A DNA stretch of 64,000 nt from Nageia nagi (taxonomy: Eukaryota > Plantae > Pinophyta), in contig JBITNC010000001.1 of the NCBI GenBank assembly GCA_050084985.1, positions 199,144,001-199,208,000 on the forward strand, read 5' to 3'. A program made the translations under genes and the position numbers. The notes below the pieces were generated by a model. That model saw only the letters and a list, made by a program, of their open reading frames with translations, had not been told where the DNA came from and did not search any database. Shown here piece by piece: positions 60,381-64,000 of the stretch; position 1 is the stretch's first letter, and every line of letters starts with the position of its first letter.

Positions 60381-61380
60381 TGTAATGTCCCCAATTTTGA
60401 GAAACTTGGTTAAAGTCATAACTTCTGTCACTTGTCTTGGATCACTAATTTGTCTTTTGGAATGGATGGAGAATCTTTTGTTAATTGTTTTGACAGGTGA
60501 CATTAAACGGTTCTGTCAAGAAATGAGGAAGATATGGAATTTTGAAGTTCTCCCAAGAAACCAGAATTCTAATATTATGACCAAGAAAAAGTCGGCTAAG
60601 AGAAAGTTATTTTATTCCAAGTTGGCCAGGAGTTTAATTATTGGTAATTTCAAGGTAAAAACACCTATAAAAGGAGGAAAGATTCACTACTTGAAGAACG
60701 TCATAATTTGGCATTTGATCTCGGATCATCTCTGAGTTGGGGATGCTCCCATCTCTTCTTTTTATGGTCTTGGGCTGCTTCCTAGCTTAGAAGTGGCACA
60801 TTTGCAATTACATACACTTGGAGAGCTTGCACCAACATTGGAGGACCTTCTAGCCCTAGTGCTAGACCTTGGGAGTTATCTAGAGACTTGTGCTAGCCAT
60901 TCTTGGTACTTGGAGACTTGTGCTAGCCATTAGGAGTCTTTGTTTTGCATTTTTGGAGTCTTTGTTACAGGCTTGTTACAGTCCTATACTTATTCTTGGT
61001 TATTATTCATGATATTGGCTTTCATATTGCATCTCGAATGTGAATGAATGTTCCTACATATTTCTACTATGCGTCTATCTTCTTTGTGCATGGGAATGTA
61101 TGCAAATTGAGTACTTTGGAGCTATAGTTCTGGTACGTAACATCTGATTTGTACCCTAGTTTTGGTCATGATCACATGTTATATGAGCTTTATATTAGAT
61201 TTAGCTATTGCTGTTATATTCCAATTTAAGTGCATGTTTTGGTGGTTTATGAGTATGTTCATTAATGCCCTAATTCATGAATAAGTGTGGAATTGAATGC
61301 TAAATTGGATAAATCCTAAAATGGTACATTACAATGGCAATCAAAGCTCAAAGTCCTGCCAGCCTGTGAGGATTCCCTAC

Positions 61381-64000
61381 ATGCCAAAGCATCAATTCTA
61401 CACAAGAAGGAATAAGGATTTCTTAGAGATTGATAGTGAAAGTGAATCAGAAATGGAGAGACCAAAGGAGGCCGATCCAGCACAACAGTTGGCAACCATG
61501 GTAGAGTTGCTATCTCAACTTGTGAAGAAGGTGGATACTCTTGCACCAACTCCACAAGAGGGATCAAGAATCCCATCTAGGGCAGCCACACTGGATCAAA
61601 GGAGCGAAGCATCCGTCTGCCCTATTCGGTCACCTCTACCCAAGCTGTCCATGCCTATGTTTTTGCAAGAAGAAGAGGAAACCCCTAATGAAGGCCTAGA
61701 TACCTGCTTCACTCAATATCAAGGTAAGAGTGTCGAATTCAAGCAAACAATTATATTTGAGAGTTTTCTTAATATAATGGGAAAGAAAATAGGAAAGGGA
61801 AGTGACTATCATGATAAGAAACATCATCAAAAGATGCCAATACCAATGTTTGATGGTAACACCCCGACACCTAGGTCTCGGTTACAAAAGCTTCTAACAT
61901 ATTTCACTCTTTTCCCTTTGAGAGAAACAAATGCAATCAGATTTGCTTCCCTTCACCTTGATGGCATAGCATATGAGTGGTGGCACAATGGGTTCACCAC
62001 TTTGGGACATGACAAGGTTATCATATATGAAGAATTTTGCAAAAGAGTTCTTGATAGGTTTGAAAGAAAAGATGAAGAAGAATACTTTATGGCTACACTT
62101 GACCAAGTCACCTCCGTGGGTAACTATGTTGAAGAGTTCTAAAGAATTTCAGTTATGGTCTTGGATGTGTCAAGCAAGAAGATAGCTTTCCTCTTTATGG
62201 AAGGTGTGACGTCCCCCTTTGATTATTGTACTTAATTTTGGAATCCTCTTTGTACATATTTAATTATTTAATTTTCCTTTATTAGTTAGAACTTGGGATA
62301 AAAGATATAAAGGTCCGTTGGACCCCACTATGAGCCCCTAGTGGGATGTCTCCCTCCCAAATGTAGTTTAGTATGATTTAATGTACTTGAAGATCCTGAA
62401 ATATGATTGTAGGAATCCCAAGGCTTATTTAGCTCTTAGAGCATGGATAGTCACCTAATGGCCCCATTGTTGAGATTGGGAGCACTTGTACACATTTGCC
62501 AACCTTGGGGAGACTCCTAGACCCCCACATTGGCCCATGATACCCATGCATGCCTCCTAGGTGCCCACGCATGCCCACTTAAGCCCATGTTGAGCTTGAG
62601 GACCCATGTGGAGGATAAGGGAGGCCTAGATACCCACGTTGGGCCTGGAATGATTCCTAGGTGCCATCCTTGGGGTTTGAGGGGTTGGGTGATGACTTTG
62701 AGGTGAGATCCAGACCATTGAGAGCTATATTAAACCTTGGAGCATCATTGCTGGATATACAGATTATTGATGATTACTCATACCGTCCAGTGGACAAAAG
62801 CCTTGGCGCAGCGTTAAGCAACATCCGTAGGTGCAACATCTAGGAGGGTTAATAGGCTGAGGGATCCTATTGATCTACGGCTGTGGTGTAGCATCTTAGT
62901 CCATCTAATGGCATTCCAAAGTCACATTCCTACCATTCAGTTGGTTGCCAAGGTTTGGAGAGAGCTCCTTCGATGGAGAGGATTCAAATTCTGAGGGAGT
63001 GAGGTTGTTCCATTCAATGTTCTGTCCGTCCAACATTAATCATATTCGTTGTGCCCTAGTTGGCTCCTTTGAGGCTAACGTTGAGCCCTATGAGCTTGGT
63101 ATTGTATCATTGTTCATTATACATCTTTAATACAACTTTTGGGCATTGAGATCCCATATTACATTGTGCACTTGTTCATTATTGCAATGTTGTGGTGTGT
63201 TTGCCATTCATGCATGTTGTAGCCAGACGTTCGCATTATTGTGTTGTGTAGACTTGTATTTGGTGCCCTAACCCTAAAGTTGGCATATTGAGGTGCTTGA
63301 TGCTTGTAATTGCCTTTCTAGGCCAAACGTTGGTGCATACTTGTGTGTTTTGGTTTAATTGCACTTGAATTCGTGATTGGGATTCTATAGAAGGACTTAA
63401 AGAACCATTGAAGGATTTGGTCAAAGCTTTCGACAAGATGCAATTAAGAGGGCTCTTACTCTTGAAGAGTCTACTCTACCAAGGACCAAGCACGTTACAC
63501 CATACCATAGACCAAGCATGGGAGAACCATTCAAGAAGGATGCTTCACCACCAAGAAGAGACTCATCAAGTGGGAAGGCCACTCTTGCTCCTCCCATTAC
63601 ATACACAAGAAGAACCAAGGATGAGAGGAATGAAAGAAACAAACTAAGGAGGAAGAATTTATGCTTTAATTGCAAGCAACCTTGGACATTAGGTTACCGT
63701 TGCCTTGGCAAAGGGGCAATACATTAGATTGAGGTCTTATCTGAAGGAGAGTCATTCTATGAAGAAGATGAAGCTAATGATGAGTATGATGAGGAGTCAT
63801 CATATAGAACCATGAACATCTAAGGACCAAAGCATACTCCACCAATGACCTCAAGAGGAGGAACACTAGATACATTGAGTGGTATGAATCAATACTTCAC
63901 TACGAAGGTTCCCAAAGAAGTTTTGGTAGAGAAGGTTCTAGTTTTGATAGATGGAGGTGCAACCAATAACTTTGTCAATGAGAAGCTAGCCACTGCCAAG
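61381..64000 (+). pseudogene. gag: Decayed gag-protease split by a solo LTR
   Basis: PMFDG...FASLHLDGIAYEWWHNG...EEFCKRVLDRF, FLFMEG|LKEPLKDLVKAF, LRRKNLCFNCKQPW, VLIDGGATNNFV. Confidence 0.88.
62205..63389 (+). mobile_element. Solo LTR (1185 bp), TSD GAAGG
   Basis: TGTGACGTCCCC...GATTCTATA (CA mutated to TA), GAAGG at 62200-62204 and 63390-63394. Family of 4583-5776. Confidence 0.93.

Larger units (their letters stand above)
60381..64000 (+). mobile_element. Chromovirus-like element, 5' LTR 60381-61333, running off the window
   Basis: TGTAATGTCCCC...GTACATTACA, degenerate Met PBS TGGCAATCAAAGC (61335-61347), then gag-PR. Confidence 0.85.

Overview
Eukaryotic plant DNA, probably a gymnosperm/conifer (inferred from the retroelement families and gene structure). 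Almost the whole window is nested LTR retrotransposons. The only host coding sequence I can see is three small spliced exons of VPS26C/DSCR3 (58304-58896, +), so the TE stack is probably intronic. Main elements: (1) a near-intact Athila-type Ty3/gypsy element (22805-35811, -) with TSD CCAAG, a tRNA-Asp PBS, gag-PR, RT-RH-INT, and a hidden single-frame 759-codon third ORF broken only by seven C-to-T-type stops; (2) many decayed tRNA-Met-primed chromovirus-like elements and solo LTRs with readable TSDs; (3) a decayed Ty1/copia; (4) six pieces of a family of giant TG...CA units with 5-bp TSDs, no gag/pol, a terminal hairpin, ~183/363-bp tandem repeats and a ~1040-codon gene (or deletion remnants of it) between two TATA boxes. 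The last is the best novelty candidate: apparently an ~8-kb LTR that encodes its own protein in U3. All alignments and counts were done by eye and no database searches were run.
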